64,000 nucleotides of DNA from a virus: positions 19,922 to 83,921 of the IMG/VR virus record IMGVR_UViG_3300047320_000210; one strand, written 5' to 3'. Of the stretch, positions 1 through 10,500 are shown one piece after another. The notes under the pieces were generated by a model, which was not told where the DNA came from, made no database searches, and saw only the letters and a list, made by a program, of their open reading frames with translations. The position numbers and the translations under genes are program-made. Positions within the stretch are counted from its first letter, which is position 1; the number at the start of each line of letters is the position of its first letter.

Positions 1-281
1 ACCCGATCAACCTGCGCCCGGATCTGGAACTCGAAGCGTTCAAGACCATGCAGCAGGCCCGCACCCTCGAATTGCTTTCCGAAGGGTTCCTCACCGACGA
101 CGAAGCCGCTTGGGATCTGGGCACCGGCCCCCGTGCGCCGGCCGCCCCGCCGCTGTCCGGCACCGGCTTTCGCCGGGGCAGCAAGGGCATCGACGCCACC
201 AACGCCAGTCCGAATGCCGATCCGCAGGGCCGCGCCCTGCAATCCAACGAACCGAAAAAAGCCGGGGGAGCCAGCCAATGA
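1..281 (+). CDS. Portal protein, C-terminal part (truncated by window start)
   Basis: Frame open from the window edge; the stop overlaps the protease ATG (ATGA at 278-281). Position upstream of protease and capsid genes; typical low-complexity portal tail. Confidence 0.6.
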   Translation, partial: PINLRPDLELEAFKTMQQARTLELLSEGFLTDDEAAWDLGTGPRAPAAPPLSGTGFRRGSKGIDATNASPNADPQGRALQSNEPKKAGGASQ

Positions 282-1774
282 GCAAGCCGCGCCAGCGCAG
301 CCAAATGCCTCGTGGCCAGATCCTGCAGCTTGGGGATTTCTGGTACGGCGACGACCAAAGCATGCTCAGCGCCCGTCAGGCGCTGGTGCAGCTGGCCGCC
401 ATCGATCCAAAGCTTTACGTCGGGGACGACAGCGAAGAACCGGAAGACTTCCCCGATTACGCGTACATGCTGACCCGCCACTCGGATGTGGCCGTGCTCT
501 CGCTCAGCGGGAGCATGGTTAGCAAGGAAACCTTCTGGAATCGCTACGTCGGCCTGGTCTCGTATCAGGAAGCGCGTAACGCCGCGATTGTCGCCGCCGA
601 GGCCGGGTGCCGCGGGCTGTTGCTCGACATCGACACCAATGGCGGCAGCGCCGAAGGCATCGGCGAATTGAGCGACTTCCTGTCCGAGTTCGACCGCACC
701 GTCATGCCGGTCTTCACCTACACCGGCACCAAGATGCTCTCGGCCGGCTACTGGGTCGGCTGCGTCGGCCGCAGGGTTTTCAGTTCGTCGATGGCCAACA
801 GCGGCTCGATCGGCGTGGTGAGCGCACACATCAGTTACGCCCGGATGCTCAAGGAACAGGGCATCGACGTGACCATGTTCCGCCAAGGCGAATTCAAGGC
901 ACTTGGTTCGCCCTATGAAACGTTGGATGACAAAGCAAAGGCTGACATCGAAGCGCGGATGAAGAATTTCTACGAACCATTCCTCAGTCACGTTTCCGCC
1001 AACCGGGGCATCGCCATTCCAGCGCTGATCGAAACCGCAGCGGAAGGCAGGGTCTTCATGGGCTCTGACGCCGTGAAAGCGGGGCTAGTAGATGAGATCA
1101 CCACATTCGACAAGGCGGTTTCCGCCGTGATCAGCCTGGTGGGCGCTCGACAGCCAACGGTCTCTGTACCCCTCCCATCGACCTCCAACGTAGGTATGGA
1201 TTCTATGAAACGGCATCTGAACGACGCAGGCCTTGCGGCCGTGCAGTCGGGGCTGGCTGAAAAAACCGCCCTGGCTGACCCGAAGCTTTCCGAAGAAGTG
1301 AAGGACAAAACCCCTGAAGAACTGGCGACCGAAGAAGCGGCAGCCGCCGCCGCTTTGGCCGAGAAAGATCCGAAGGTCGAGCCCGAAGCCACTCCGGCAC
1401 CGGCGGCAAAAGCTGAGCAGCTGACGGACCAAACCTTGGACAAGATCATCGCCCTGTCGGGCGAATTGGCCGAGACCAAGTCCGAGCTGAAGCGCCTGCA
1501 AGCCAGTGAGCACGAACGTGCGGCCAGCATGGGCACCCTTATGAAAATTTGCGGTGACGCCATCAACAAAATGGAACTGCCACTGAGCCGCAGCCCGACC
1601 AGCACTGCGGGCATGTCCGCCGAGACCCTGATCTCCACCTACCACCGAACCCTCTCCGACTTTAACGGGCGGATGAAGATCGGCGCGCAGGCGGAAGTGC
1701 CGGGTGACAGCGACCTCGGGGGTGCACCCAAGGCGACAGCCTACGTGCCCGGCGCGGACTGCGTGAAGCTTTAA
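278..1774 (+). CDS. S49 (SppA/ClpP-like) capsid maturation protease with C-terminal scaffold
   Basis: LDIDTNGG, SAGYW, GSIGV, GEFKALGSPYE and GRVFMGSDAVKAGLVD S49 motifs; acidic/coiled-coil C-terminus. Start moved to ATG 278 (GGGGAG RBS). Confidence 0.9.
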   Translation: MSKPRQRSQMPRGQILQLGDFWYGDDQSMLSARQALVQLAAIDPKLYVGDDSEEPEDFPDYAYMLTRHSDVAVLSLSGSMVSKETFWNRYVGLVSYQEARNAAIVAAEAGCRGLLLDIDTNGGSAEGIGELSDFLSEFDRTVMPVFTYTGTKMLSAGYWVGCVGRRVFSSSMANSGSIGVVSAHISYARMLKEQGIDVTMFRQGEFKALGSPYETLDDKAKADIEARMKNFYEPFLSHVSANRGIAIPALIETAAEGRVFMGSDAVKAGLVDEITTFDKAVSAVISLVGARQPTVSVPLPSTSNVGMDSMKRHLNDAGLAAVQSGLAEKTALADPKLSEEVKDKTPEELATEEAAAAAALAEKDPKVEPEATPAPAAKAEQLTDQTLDKIIALSGELAETKSELKRLQASEHERAASMGTLMKICGDAINKMELPLSRSPTSTAGMSAETLISTYHRTLSDFNGRMKIGAQAEVPGDSDLGGAPKATAYVPGADCVKL

Positions 1775-1800
1775 ACCATCTTTCTTTGGGGGATTGATCC

Positions 1801-2298
1801 ATGACCACTTTTGCCTACAACGAGAGCGTTACCGACGCCATCAAGGACACGATTTCGGTAGCCCTCGGCGCCAGTTCGTCCGCGACCTTCGGTAACAACG
1901 ACCTCGGCAAAGCCGTGAAACGCGGCACCGCACAGAACTATGTGCTGTGCGCCGACAACGACCCGATCGAGGGCTTCGTCACCGCGATCGAGCCGTGGAC
2001 GGTGAACGCCGGCTTCAGCTTCGGTTCGGTGCAGCGCCGTGGCCGCATGACGGTGCAAGTCGGGACCGGCGAGACCGTGACCTTGAACGGTTACGTCGTT
2101 GCCTACACCCAGACCGCGTTGGGCACCGCCGGCTACGCACAGGTCGCTCCGCGCCCTGTCGTGGTGGTTCAGGTTGATGCGACCCCTGCACCGGACGAGG
2201 CGACCATTCCGATGGCCAGCCCCTACGTCTGGCAGGTGATCCGCATCGTTTCGGGTACTGGAGTAGCGGGCGACCTCGTCCTGGTTGAGCGCGTTTAA
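1801..2298 (+). CDS. Head decoration/capsid cement protein (putative)
   Basis: 165 aa, beta-rich, Gly/Thr/Val-rich; lies between protease and major capsid gene. Confidence 0.65.
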   Translation: MTTFAYNESVTDAIKDTISVALGASSSATFGNNDLGKAVKRGTAQNYVLCADNDPIEGFVTAIEPWTVNAGFSFGSVQRRGRMTVQVGTGETVTLNGYVVAYTQTALGTAGYAQVAPRPVVVVQVDATPAPDEATIPMASPYVWQVIRIVSGTGVAGDLVLVERV

Positions 2299-2334
2299 GC
2301 GCAGCTCAGCACACACATTTTGGGGGAATAAGAA

Positions 2335-3540
2335 ATGAGCGATCTCCAGACCACGCTGAAGCTGCGCAACGCGCAAGGTGACCTCCACGAGGTGCCCTTC
2401 CACGTTCAGATGTACGCCGAAGCCGCATTGAAGGGCCTGTCCCTGTCGCAGCACCTGAACCAGTTGTACGGCGAAGGTACCGACCTGGTGAAGTACGGCG
2501 ACGTGCTGCAGCAGGCCATGCTGCACTCCGGCATGCTCACCAGTACCGACCACCGCATGGGCATGCGTCCGCCGACCATGAAGGAGATGCTGGAAACTGG
2601 CATCAACATGGGCTCGATCACCCGCGGCGACGGTTCCGACCGCCACACCGTGGCCGGGCGGATGCTCTATCCAGAGATCCTGATGCGGGCCATCGAGTCG
2701 AAACTGCGTGATGACTACGGTGACCTGTTGGGCACCTGGTCGAGCTTCATCGCGCAGACCCAGACCGTGACGGGGCCGAAGTTCGATCAGCCCATCATCA
2801 ACATCACCCGCCCGGAATCGGCGACCTCGAATCCGATCGCTCAGCTCGCTGAGCCGGATGTGATGCTGTCGATCACCACCAGTGATCGCTCGAACGCCAT
2901 TCCAACCAAGTCCATCGGCTTGATCATTTCGGACCAGGCGGCGCAAGCGTCGACGCTGGACCTGGTGAACCTCGCGATGACTGCACAAGCCCGTCAAGAG
3001 CGTGTGCGCATGGTGGAAGGTGACATCGCGGCCATCGTGGCTGGTGACGTCGACCGTGGCGAGACCGCCAAGGCCAGCTTCACTGCGGACTCCCTCGACC
3101 CTGTCGGGATCACTGCCGCAGGGCAGATGACCCACAAGGCGTGGGTCAAGTACATGCACAAATACCGTCGCCGCATGATGACCATCGGCGGGATTTGTGA
3201 CCTGGACACCGCCATGGCCATCGAGGCGCGCACCGGCAAGCCGACCCGCGACACCGTGTTCATCAAGGAAGCCGAAGCCTTTAACCAGGGCATCACCGTC
3301 GACAACCTGACCGGCCCGGACCCTCGCATCCTGATCGTCGATGACGGCGTGATCGCGACCAACACGTTTGTTGGTATCGACACCCGCTTCGCCCTGCGCC
3401 GGGTGATCAACATTTCCGCACAGTATTCCGCGATCGAGCAGTTCGTCCTGCGCCGTGCGACCGCGTTCCGTGTGGACTATGGCGAAATCACCCACACGCT
3501 CTACACCGATGCTTTCAAGGTGATGACCCTCACCCTGTAA
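2335..3540 (+). CDS. Major capsid protein (HK97 fold, putative)
   Basis: 401 aa; position after protease/decoration; strongly biased codon use; followed by a hairpin. Confidence 0.85.
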   Translation: MSDLQTTLKLRNAQGDLHEVPFHVQMYAEAALKGLSLSQHLNQLYGEGTDLVKYGDVLQQAMLHSGMLTSTDHRMGMRPPTMKEMLETGINMGSITRGDGSDRHTVAGRMLYPEILMRAIESKLRDDYGDLLGTWSSFIAQTQTVTGPKFDQPIINITRPESATSNPIAQLAEPDVMLSITTSDRSNAIPTKSIGLIISDQAAQASTLDLVNLAMTAQARQERVRMVEGDIAAIVAGDVDRGETAKASFTADSLDPVGITAAGQMTHKAWVKYMHKYRRRMMTIGGICDLDTAMAIEARTGKPTRDTVFIKEAEAFNQGITVDNLTGPDPRILIVDDGVIATNTFVGIDTRFALRRVINISAQYSAIEQFVLRRATAFRVDYGEITHTLYTDAFKVMTLTL

Positions 3541-3548
3541 TCGGAATC

Positions 3549-3570
3549 GAGGGGGCCGCAAGGTCCCCTC
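3549..3570 (+). terminator. GC-rich hairpin (GCAA loop) after capsid gene; terminator or mRNA stabiliser
   Basis: GAGGGGGCC-GCAA-GGTCCCCTC; no U-tract. Confidence 0.5.
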
Positions 3571-3590
3571 AACCACTTCGGAGCAGAGAC

Positions 3591-3860
3591 ATGACACGCC
3601 CAAAAGACAAGACCCCAGAGTTGATTCCAGAAGCCGGCGCTACAGAAGTGGCCGCCGACCCTGCGCCTGAAGTCGCACCGGCCCCTGCGGCCAAGAGTGA
3701 CTGGCCCAAATTCCTCAAGTCGATGACGCCGTTCGGGTACACCGACCCGGAAAGCAACATCCACTACGGCCCGGTCGTGTTTGTACGGATCGAGGCAGCA
3801 CCAAAAGACGGCAGCTGGCTGCACAGCCAGATGAAAGCCCAGTTGATCGGCGAAGCGTAA
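3591..3860 (+). CDS. Small virion-associated hypothetical protein
   Basis: GGAG RBS; 89 aa; post-capsid position. Confidence 0.7.
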   Translation: MTRPKDKTPELIPEAGATEVAADPAPEVAPAPAAKSDWPKFLKSMTPFGYTDPESNIHYGPVVFVRIEAAPKDGSWLHSQMKAQLIGEA

Positions 3861-3873
3861 GGAGAACGATGCC

Positions 3874-4353
3874 ATGACTGCCCTCGGCAATTACACCACC
3901 ACCCAAGCGGTGCGCGGCTGCCTGGGCATCGACGTGAACGATTGCCCGGACACGTACATGGTGGATTCGCAGGTCGCCCTGGAACTGAAACTCGACCTCG
4001 ACGGCTGGCTGCCGACGCACGCCGCGCTGTACACCGCCGGCACCACCGGCTCGCCGACGGCGCCACAGACCGCGATCTCTGACCGGATCAAGCTGTATGC
4101 ACAGTGGTTCGTCGCGCTGGAATTCGCCAACCGGCCGTTGACCGTGCCGCAGATCAACACCGACGGCAAGGCGCAGATCGACCGATTCAAAGTCGACTTG
4201 GCCAAGGTGGCGGAACTGGCGGCGGCCAAGGTGGCCAAGTACAAGGCCGAACTCGTCAGCGTGATCGGTGGCGGCGCCGTCACGGCGCCGTATGCCAACT
4301 ACGTCAGCGTGGCCACCCCGGGTTCCGATCCGGTGACCGAGGTGATCCAGTAA
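3874..4353 (+). CDS. Head-tail adaptor (putative)
   Basis: AAGGAG RBS; N-terminal YTTxxxVRxxLG typical of gp6/gp15-like adaptors; synteny. Confidence 0.65.
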   Translation: MTALGNYTTTQAVRGCLGIDVNDCPDTYMVDSQVALELKLDLDGWLPTHAALYTAGTTGSPTAPQTAISDRIKLYAQWFVALEFANRPLTVPQINTDGKAQIDRFKVDLAKVAELAAAKVAKYKAELVSVIGGGAVTAPYANYVSVATPGSDPVTEVIQ

Positions 4354-4958
4354 TGGCCGACCTCGCCCGCGCCTTCGGCCGTCACGCCCAAACCCCAATT
4401 TTCGGGTGGAACGCCACGACCAGCGTTTGGGTGGACACCGGCCTGCGTGGTCGGCTGCAGGCCTACGACCGGTTTATCACCGAGCGCGACTTCGGGCAGC
4501 GCAAACGCATCCTGACCTTGGCCGGCGACCAGACGCTGCCAGCGCCTTATGCGGTGGTCCGTCTGGGCAACAGCACCACCGTCTACCTGCTGGAAAGCCT
4601 GAACAAGGACATCGAAGGTGACACGGTGTACGGCACCACCTTCGCCCTGCACCAGGCGCCGTTCCGTGTGCAGATTTGCAAGGAAGTCACCACCGTCCTG
4701 CAGTCCGGGGTCAAGCACAAGACCGGCGCGGAAACGGTGCTGTTTGACACCTGGGTCAACATGTCCCGCTACTCGGCCGTTGACTCGCGGGAGTTCCCGC
4801 TCAGCGATTACACGATCTACACCGTGTACTTCCCGAGCAACGTGGTGCCCACCACCGACATGTACGTGCGCCGATTGGACAACGGCGATCTGCTGGACAT
4901 CACCGAGGTGTTTCAGTCCCTGGAGATTCCTGCAGGGAGGTGCCAACGCCGTGGCTGA
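4353..4958 (+). CDS. Head closure/neck protein (putative)
   Basis: TAATG coupling at 4351-4355; synteny. Confidence 0.55.
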   Translation: MADLARAFGRHAQTPIFGWNATTSVWVDTGLRGRLQAYDRFITERDFGQRKRILTLAGDQTLPAPYAVVRLGNSTTVYLLESLNKDIEGDTVYGTTFALHQAPFRVQICKEVTTVLQSGVKHKTGAETVLFDTWVNMSRYSAVDSREFPLSDYTIYTVYFPSNVVPTTDMYVRRLDNGDLLDITEVFQSLEIPAGRCQRRG

Positions 4959-5424
4959 TGACTTCCCGCTGATTATCAAAGGCACCATCGACCGACTTGT
5001 CAGCGACAAGTGTACCGCCCTGCAAGGCCAGTTTCCCGGCCTGCGCTGGGCCGAAGTCGACGACATGCTGCAGACCGACGAGGTGTTCAAGGGTGAGGCC
5101 CCGGCCCTGCTCTGGCAGTTCGGCGCGTACTCCCCGGACCCCCGGGCGCCGCTGTACGAGATCGAGTTCTCGGTGGGCGCGCGCACGGTGGCCGACCCGG
5201 GCAACTACTCCTTGATCGACCTGGTGTCGCAGCTCCGCGACGTGTTCAAGGCGGACCAGGAATTCCAGCTGTTCAACTACATCCTGGCCACCACCGCCCC
5301 CGTCGACACCGTGAGCAAGGGCTTTGTGCGGGTGGTTTCCAACGAAATCTCGCCACAGATGTTTGATCGCATGTCAGGCATTCGCTACGCGGTGATCCGT
5401 GGCAAGGCGGTGAAATATGGCTAA
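4951..5424 (+). CDS. Tail terminator/neck protein (putative)
   Basis: GGGAGG RBS and GTG start; about 157 aa; synteny. Confidence 0.55.
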   Translation: MADDFPLIIKGTIDRLVSDKCTALQGQFPGLRWAEVDDMLQTDEVFKGEAPALLWQFGAYSPDPRAPLYEIEFSVGARTVADPGNYSLIDLVSQLRDVFKADQEFQLFNYILATTAPVDTVSKGFVRVVSNEISPQMFDRMSGIRYAVIRGKAVKYG

Positions 5425-6145
5425 GGCCAACGTCATCCGCCTGCAGATTGACAAGGAAAAGTTGCTGGGCGTCGTGCTGCGCGACAAGGGCATGTTGGCC
5501 GCCGTGACCGCGCGGGCCGTGGCGCGCCAGAAGGAACTGGAAGCCATCGGCGCCTCCTTTTATTCGGCCACCTTGAAGGCCACCGGCGGGTTGCTTGAGA
5601 GCGGGGTGCAAGGGGCTGACAAACCCCGCCAACAGATCCGCGTGCCCCTGCCCAACGGCGCGAGCGCCCAAGTCAACGTGGCGTGGAACCCGCTGACCGC
5701 CCGCTGGCTGAAGGACAAGGCGCGCCGCGGGCGCAAGAAATACGCCGGGCCGCACAAGAGCTACGGCCCCGGCATGTTCTGGCTGGACACCGGCCAGTTG
5801 CGCACCGCGTTCGCGGGTTGGTTGCCCGGCAAAGGCAAGGTGACCCCCTCGAAACCGCGCATTCGATTAGCAAGTGGTCGGGATGGCTTCCTGGTCAGCC
5901 ACCCGATTGCGTTCAAAAAACTTTCGCCAGGCTTCCTCGACCAAGCGCTTCGTAGGGCGCTGATCGCGGGGGCTGTTGCGGGAAGGCGCGGCGCCGCGCT
6001 GGAAGCTCTACGCCGGTCGAGCAAGCGGGGTGGTTTGTACCGCGCGATCGTGCCCGAGGGTTACCGACCGACGATGCGACCACTGGCCATGCGGCTGGGC
6101 AGAGCAATGCAAGAACAAATTCTTAAAACCCTTCGCAGGAGATAA
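5417..6145 (+). CDS. Basic neck/tail completion protein (putative)
   Basis: Arg/Lys-rich, with WxPL and LDTGQLR motifs as in virion morphogenesis proteins. Confidence 0.6.
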   Translation: MAKANVIRLQIDKEKLLGVVLRDKGMLAAVTARAVARQKELEAIGASFYSATLKATGGLLESGVQGADKPRQQIRVPLPNGASAQVNVAWNPLTARWLKDKARRGRKKYAGPHKSYGPGMFWLDTGQLRTAFAGWLPGKGKVTPSKPRIRLASGRDGFLVSHPIAFKKLSPGFLDQALRRALIAGAVAGRRGAALEALRRSSKRGGLYRAIVPEGYRPTMRPLAMRLGRAMQEQILKTLRRR

Positions 6146-6149
6146 CGCC

Positions 6150-6953
6150 ATGTCCCTCGGCGCACCCGTCACAAACAAGTTCCAGATCGGCACTGCCGAA
6201 CTGCGCGTCGGGCCGATGACCTCGGCCATGAAACTGCTGCAAGCCAACTCCGTGGGGCTGGTCGACAGCTGCTCGGTGACCATCGGCCAAGAGTCGGTCG
6301 ATTTGGAAGGCGGCTTCCCGAAACAACTGATGGACTCTGCGGTGGTGCGTCAAACCGCCGAGGTGTCGACGGTGCTGCGTGAGTACAGCCGTCGCAACCT
6401 GAAGATGGCCATCGGCGACGGCGTGACCACGGCGGTTGCCGACGTGGCCACCACTGTCGGTACTGCGGCCTCGGCGGCAGCCACCTCGCTGATCGTTGCC
6501 AGCGGCACCGGCATTTCGGCCAGTGACCTGGTGGTGGCCTACCCGGTCAACACCCCGGAAACCGTGCAGATCGTGCGCGTGGCCTCGATCGCTACCAACA
6601 CCCTGACCCTGGACACCGCCACCCCGCTGTTGTTCGACCTAGCGGTGGGTGCGGTGGTGTTCGTGGCCAAGCAGGTAGCCATCGGTGCGGTGTCGCAGAC
6701 CAACTACATGTCGGCCTCGATTGTCCAGAAAGAGAACTCCAGCGGCCGTCCTCTGGTGTGGAACTTCTGGAAGGCGTCGATCTCCGGCAACTTGGAATAC
6801 GCCACCAACGCCAGCGATTTCGCCAGCACCACCATGACCCTCAAGTGCCTGCAGCCTGCAGCCTCTGAGTACGGCGTGGGCGCCAACTTGGCGCACCTGT
6901 CGAACATCATCCCCACACACCCCACTGGCTTCCTCGCCATCGGCGGCAGCTAA
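6150..6953 (+). CDS. Major tail tube protein
   Basis: AGGAG RBS; Thr/Ser/Ala-rich beta protein upstream of chaperone and tape measure; followed by a terminator. Confidence 0.75.
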   Translation: MSLGAPVTNKFQIGTAELRVGPMTSAMKLLQANSVGLVDSCSVTIGQESVDLEGGFPKQLMDSAVVRQTAEVSTVLREYSRRNLKMAIGDGVTTAVADVATTVGTAASAAATSLIVASGTGISASDLVVAYPVNTPETVQIVRVASIATNTLTLDTATPLLFDLAVGAVVFVAKQVAIGAVSQTNYMSASIVQKENSSGRPLVWNFWKASISGNLEYATNASDFASTTMTLKCLQPAASEYGVGANLAHLSNIIPTHPTGFLAIGGS

Positions 6954-6970
6954 TCCCGGGTGCGCAACAG

Positions 6971-6995
6971 AGGCCGGGCGCTGCCCGGCCTTTTT
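6971..6995 (+). terminator. Rho-independent terminator
   Basis: AGGCCGGGC-GCT-GCCCGGCCT followed by T-run. Confidence 0.8.
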
Positions 6996-7015
6996 CCAAG
7001 TGACGGAGGTGCGCG

Positions 7016-7552
7016 ATGTCGTTGTTCCGCCAAAGCAAGCCGAAGGTCACGCTGCTGTTCAAGGAAGTCCTTGGCGAAATCATCGAAACCCAGCCCGACC
7101 TGCCCCTTGGGGTGGCCATCGAACTGGCGGCCGAACAAGCCAAGCTCCCCTGCCCCGATTTGGAGGCGATGGCCCGGCGCCTGATGGAAGACGCCGCACC
7201 GCCGCCCGAGGAAAAGCCGTCCCAGCCCGGCCCGAAAGGCAATGGCTACGGCGCGAACTGGAGCACCTGGTTAAACGGCCTGAAGACCGACCAGCTGTGC
7301 TTGTGGCTGTCCGACTACGACGCGCAACGGGCGCAGCACTTGTACTGCGAGGTCGAGATGGACCTCGTCAAGGCAATGATCGAACTGAAGACCGCCCACA
7401 TCTGGCAAGACCTGCGCACCCGCTTTGAAGCCTGTCTGCTCGGCTTCGGCGGCAAGTTGGGCAGTCAGGACACCACCGTCCATGACATCGACATGACCGA
7501 CAAGCAGTCGGTGGACTCGATGATCGACATCATGAAAAAACTGGGGTTCTAA
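7016..7552 (+). CDS. Tail assembly chaperone (putative)
   Basis: GGAGG RBS; lies between tail tube and tape measure. Confidence 0.65.
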   Translation: MSLFRQSKPKVTLLFKEVLGEIIETQPDLPLGVAIELAAEQAKLPCPDLEAMARRLMEDAAPPPEEKPSQPGPKGNGYGANWSTWLNGLKTDQLCLWLSDYDAQRAQHLYCEVEMDLVKAMIELKTAHIWQDLRTRFEACLLGFGGKLGSQDTTVHDIDMTDKQSVDSMIDIMKKLGF

Positions 7553-7555
7553 GCC

Positions 7556-10500
7556 ATGGCCGCCGAGTTCATCATTGAGACGCTGTTGCAGGTGGGCCTC
7601 GACCTCAAGGGCGATGACCTAGCCGCCCTGAAGAAAAAGCTGTCCGCTATAGAAGTCACCGTCGACGTCGACATGAAAAAGGTCAAGGCGCAGACCGACG
7701 AGCTGACGAAGACGTTCAAGAAGCTGCAGGGTGACCGCAGCCTGCTCGAACGCGCGGCGACCAAAGGCCCTCTGACCAAGGCGGATAAGGAGAACCTGCC
7801 GGCGGCGTTCAACAACCTGAAGGCGTTTCAGGGCCAGTTGAACAAGGTGGTGAACACCCTCAAAAACCTCGGGGACAGTGAAGGCAAGCCGGTGTCCACG
7901 GACTTGGCCTCGCTGCACCGGGTGATCACCGAGCTGGGCGCGACGTCCCGCAACATCGCCCCGCTGATCGACAACGTCAGCCAGGCGTTCAAGGAAAACT
8001 CGAAAGCCATCAGCAAGGCGCAGGCCGATACCGCCAAGTATCAGCGCACCGTGCTGTCCCAGCAGCGCACCGCCGAGATCCTTGAACGTGCCCGCCGCAC
8101 GCGGGCCACGCAAACCCCGGAAGGCCGCAAGGTGTTTCTCAGCGCCGCCCGGGGCAATGCCGAAGCGATCAGCACGGCGGACAAGGCCAAGCAGGGGCGC
8201 AGCTTCGCCGCCTCGGCGGTGACCGCCAGTGAACGTGCCCTGCAGCTGGAACGTGACCGCCCGGTACCCAACCCGCTGGCCATCCAGCGCGCCGAACGCA
8301 AGCTGAATCTGGCGGCGCGGACCTTCAACGACCTCAACGTGCGCGCCAATGATCTGGCAGCGAGTGAGGCGGAAACCAAGCGCATCGACCGCGAGCAGAA
8401 ACAGGCGGCGGACAAAGCGGCGCGCCGGGCGCAGACCCGCGAGGCCAAGCAGCAGACCCTCGAACGCAACGTGCGCGCCGAGGTGGCGAAAAGCCCCGAA
8501 GGGCAGAAAGCCTATTTCGCGGCCGAGCGTGGCAAAACCTCGTCGGTCCTCACCGCCAAGGACGCCAGCGCGGGGGTCGCGTTTGCCAACAAGGAGCTGG
8601 TAGCGCGCAAGGAAGTCCACCGCCTGACCCAGGAAATCTTCGACAAGGACTCGGAGGAAGTCCGCCGCGCGCTGCGCGACGTGGAAGCCGCCGGCACGGC
8701 CTACCACCGCCTGACCCAGCGGGTCCAGGAACTGGCGGAAGTCGAGAACCTGCGCAAAACCAACAAACGCAAGGCCGACAAACTGGAGCGTGACGAAGCC
8801 TCGATCGCCCTTGACCGGACCAACCGGGGCCGCCAGCAGCGGGTCGGGCGCAGCGCGCTGGAACGCGCCGGCGGGGTCGATGCCGACGCCTCGGCCTTCG
8901 GCGACGTCGAGGCGGCGAAGAAAGCCCAGACCTTCGTCAAAGGTGAACTGGGCGACCTGGTCAAGCTGCAGAAGGCCTACGGCAATACCTTCGGCTTTAC
9001 CAGCGATCAGGCCAAACGCGCAACCGTCGAGGTCGAGCGCTACCAGGAGTTCCTGCGCAAGCTGGAAGGTCGTATCCAGTCGCTGGGCGCGACCGCGCAG
9101 ACCCAAGAGCAGATCAACAAGCACGCCGAAGCGGTGCGCACCTCGGAAGAACGCCGCCGCAACAACGCCCTGAAGCTGGCCAACGGCAAACAGTTGCTGG
9201 AGGAAGCCAACGGGGATTTCAGCGGCCACACCGACCGCCGCGCCCTGCAGCGCGCCAGAACCTTTGCCAACGCCGAGCTGAACCAGCTGCGCGCGCAACA
9301 AGAGTCGGCGGCGCGCACCGTAGGGGTTAGCACTGGCGAGTTCGACACGGCGCGCAAGGCAGGTGACGAGTACGCCAAGACCATCGCCCTGATCGACCAG
9401 CGCCTCGACCACCTGGCGACCACCGTGCGCGGCATGCCGAGGCTGAACACCTTCGGCAGCTCGCAGGCGCATGCCGAAGGCAAGCGGATTTATGAAACCG
9501 CCTCGCTGAGCGGCGGCGGGGTGGCGAGCCTTGAAGGGTCTGAAGCGAAAAAGGCGCTGGGGTACTTGCGAGCCCGGCAGGCCGAGCAGGTCACGTATGG
9601 CAAGCAGCTGGAAAAACTGGGCGGTAACAACAAGGAAGCGTTGAACGCGGCCGGTGACGCCTCGCGCAAGTTCGCCGCTGATCTGGACATCCTGACCGCC
9701 GCAGCCAAACCCGCCGGTGCCGGCCTCAACCTGCTGCAACAAACCCTGCGCTCGTTCCTCAAGTACGCCATTGGCTACGGCTCGCTGTACGGGCTGGTCG
9801 CCGTCTTCACCGCGCTGGGGAAATCGCTGATCGACCTGCAAACCGAGCTGCTGGATATTCAGGCGGTCACGGGGTCGACCGATGCGCAGATGGGCAAGCT
9901 GACCAGTACCATTTCGGACGTGGCCCGCACCAGTAAGTTCTCCTTGCTGGACCTGACCAAGGCGACCAAGGTCCTCGCGCAGGCCGGTATCTCGGTCGAG
10001 GAACTGAACACCTCGCTGCAGGCCACCGCCAACTTTGCGGCGGCCACTGGGGCCAACCTTGAGGTGGCGGCGGATCTGCTGTCGACCACGCGCTCGGTGT
10101 TCAAGGATCTGTCGGACGACACGATCAGCAACCAGCTGGCCAAAGCGATCAACATTTCCAAGCTGACCGCCGAGGATCTGAAGACCATCCTGTCCTTGGG
10201 CGCGCAGACCGCCAAGAGCTTTAACCTGACCTCAGAGCAGTTCCTGGCCGCCGTGGCCACGCTGAGAAATGCCGGCTTGAAACAAAGCACGGCGGCGACG
10301 GGACTTCGGCAAGGCATGCTGGAAATCTTCAGCCCTGACGCCAAGCTGATCAAGGCGCTGCAAGCGCGCTACCGCGACCTCGGTGAGAACATGGGCGCCG
10401 AAGCGGTGCGCGCCCGCTTCTTCGCGTTCAGCCGTGGCCGGTCGCCGCTGATTGCCGCCCTGACCGAACTGAAACGCCTGGGCTTCAACGATGAGGGGGC

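Noticed and set aside
7531-7580. Programmed -1 frameshift at AAAAAAC in the tail chaperone
   Set aside because: The -1 frame stops after about a dozen codons and there is no separate downstream chaperone ORF.
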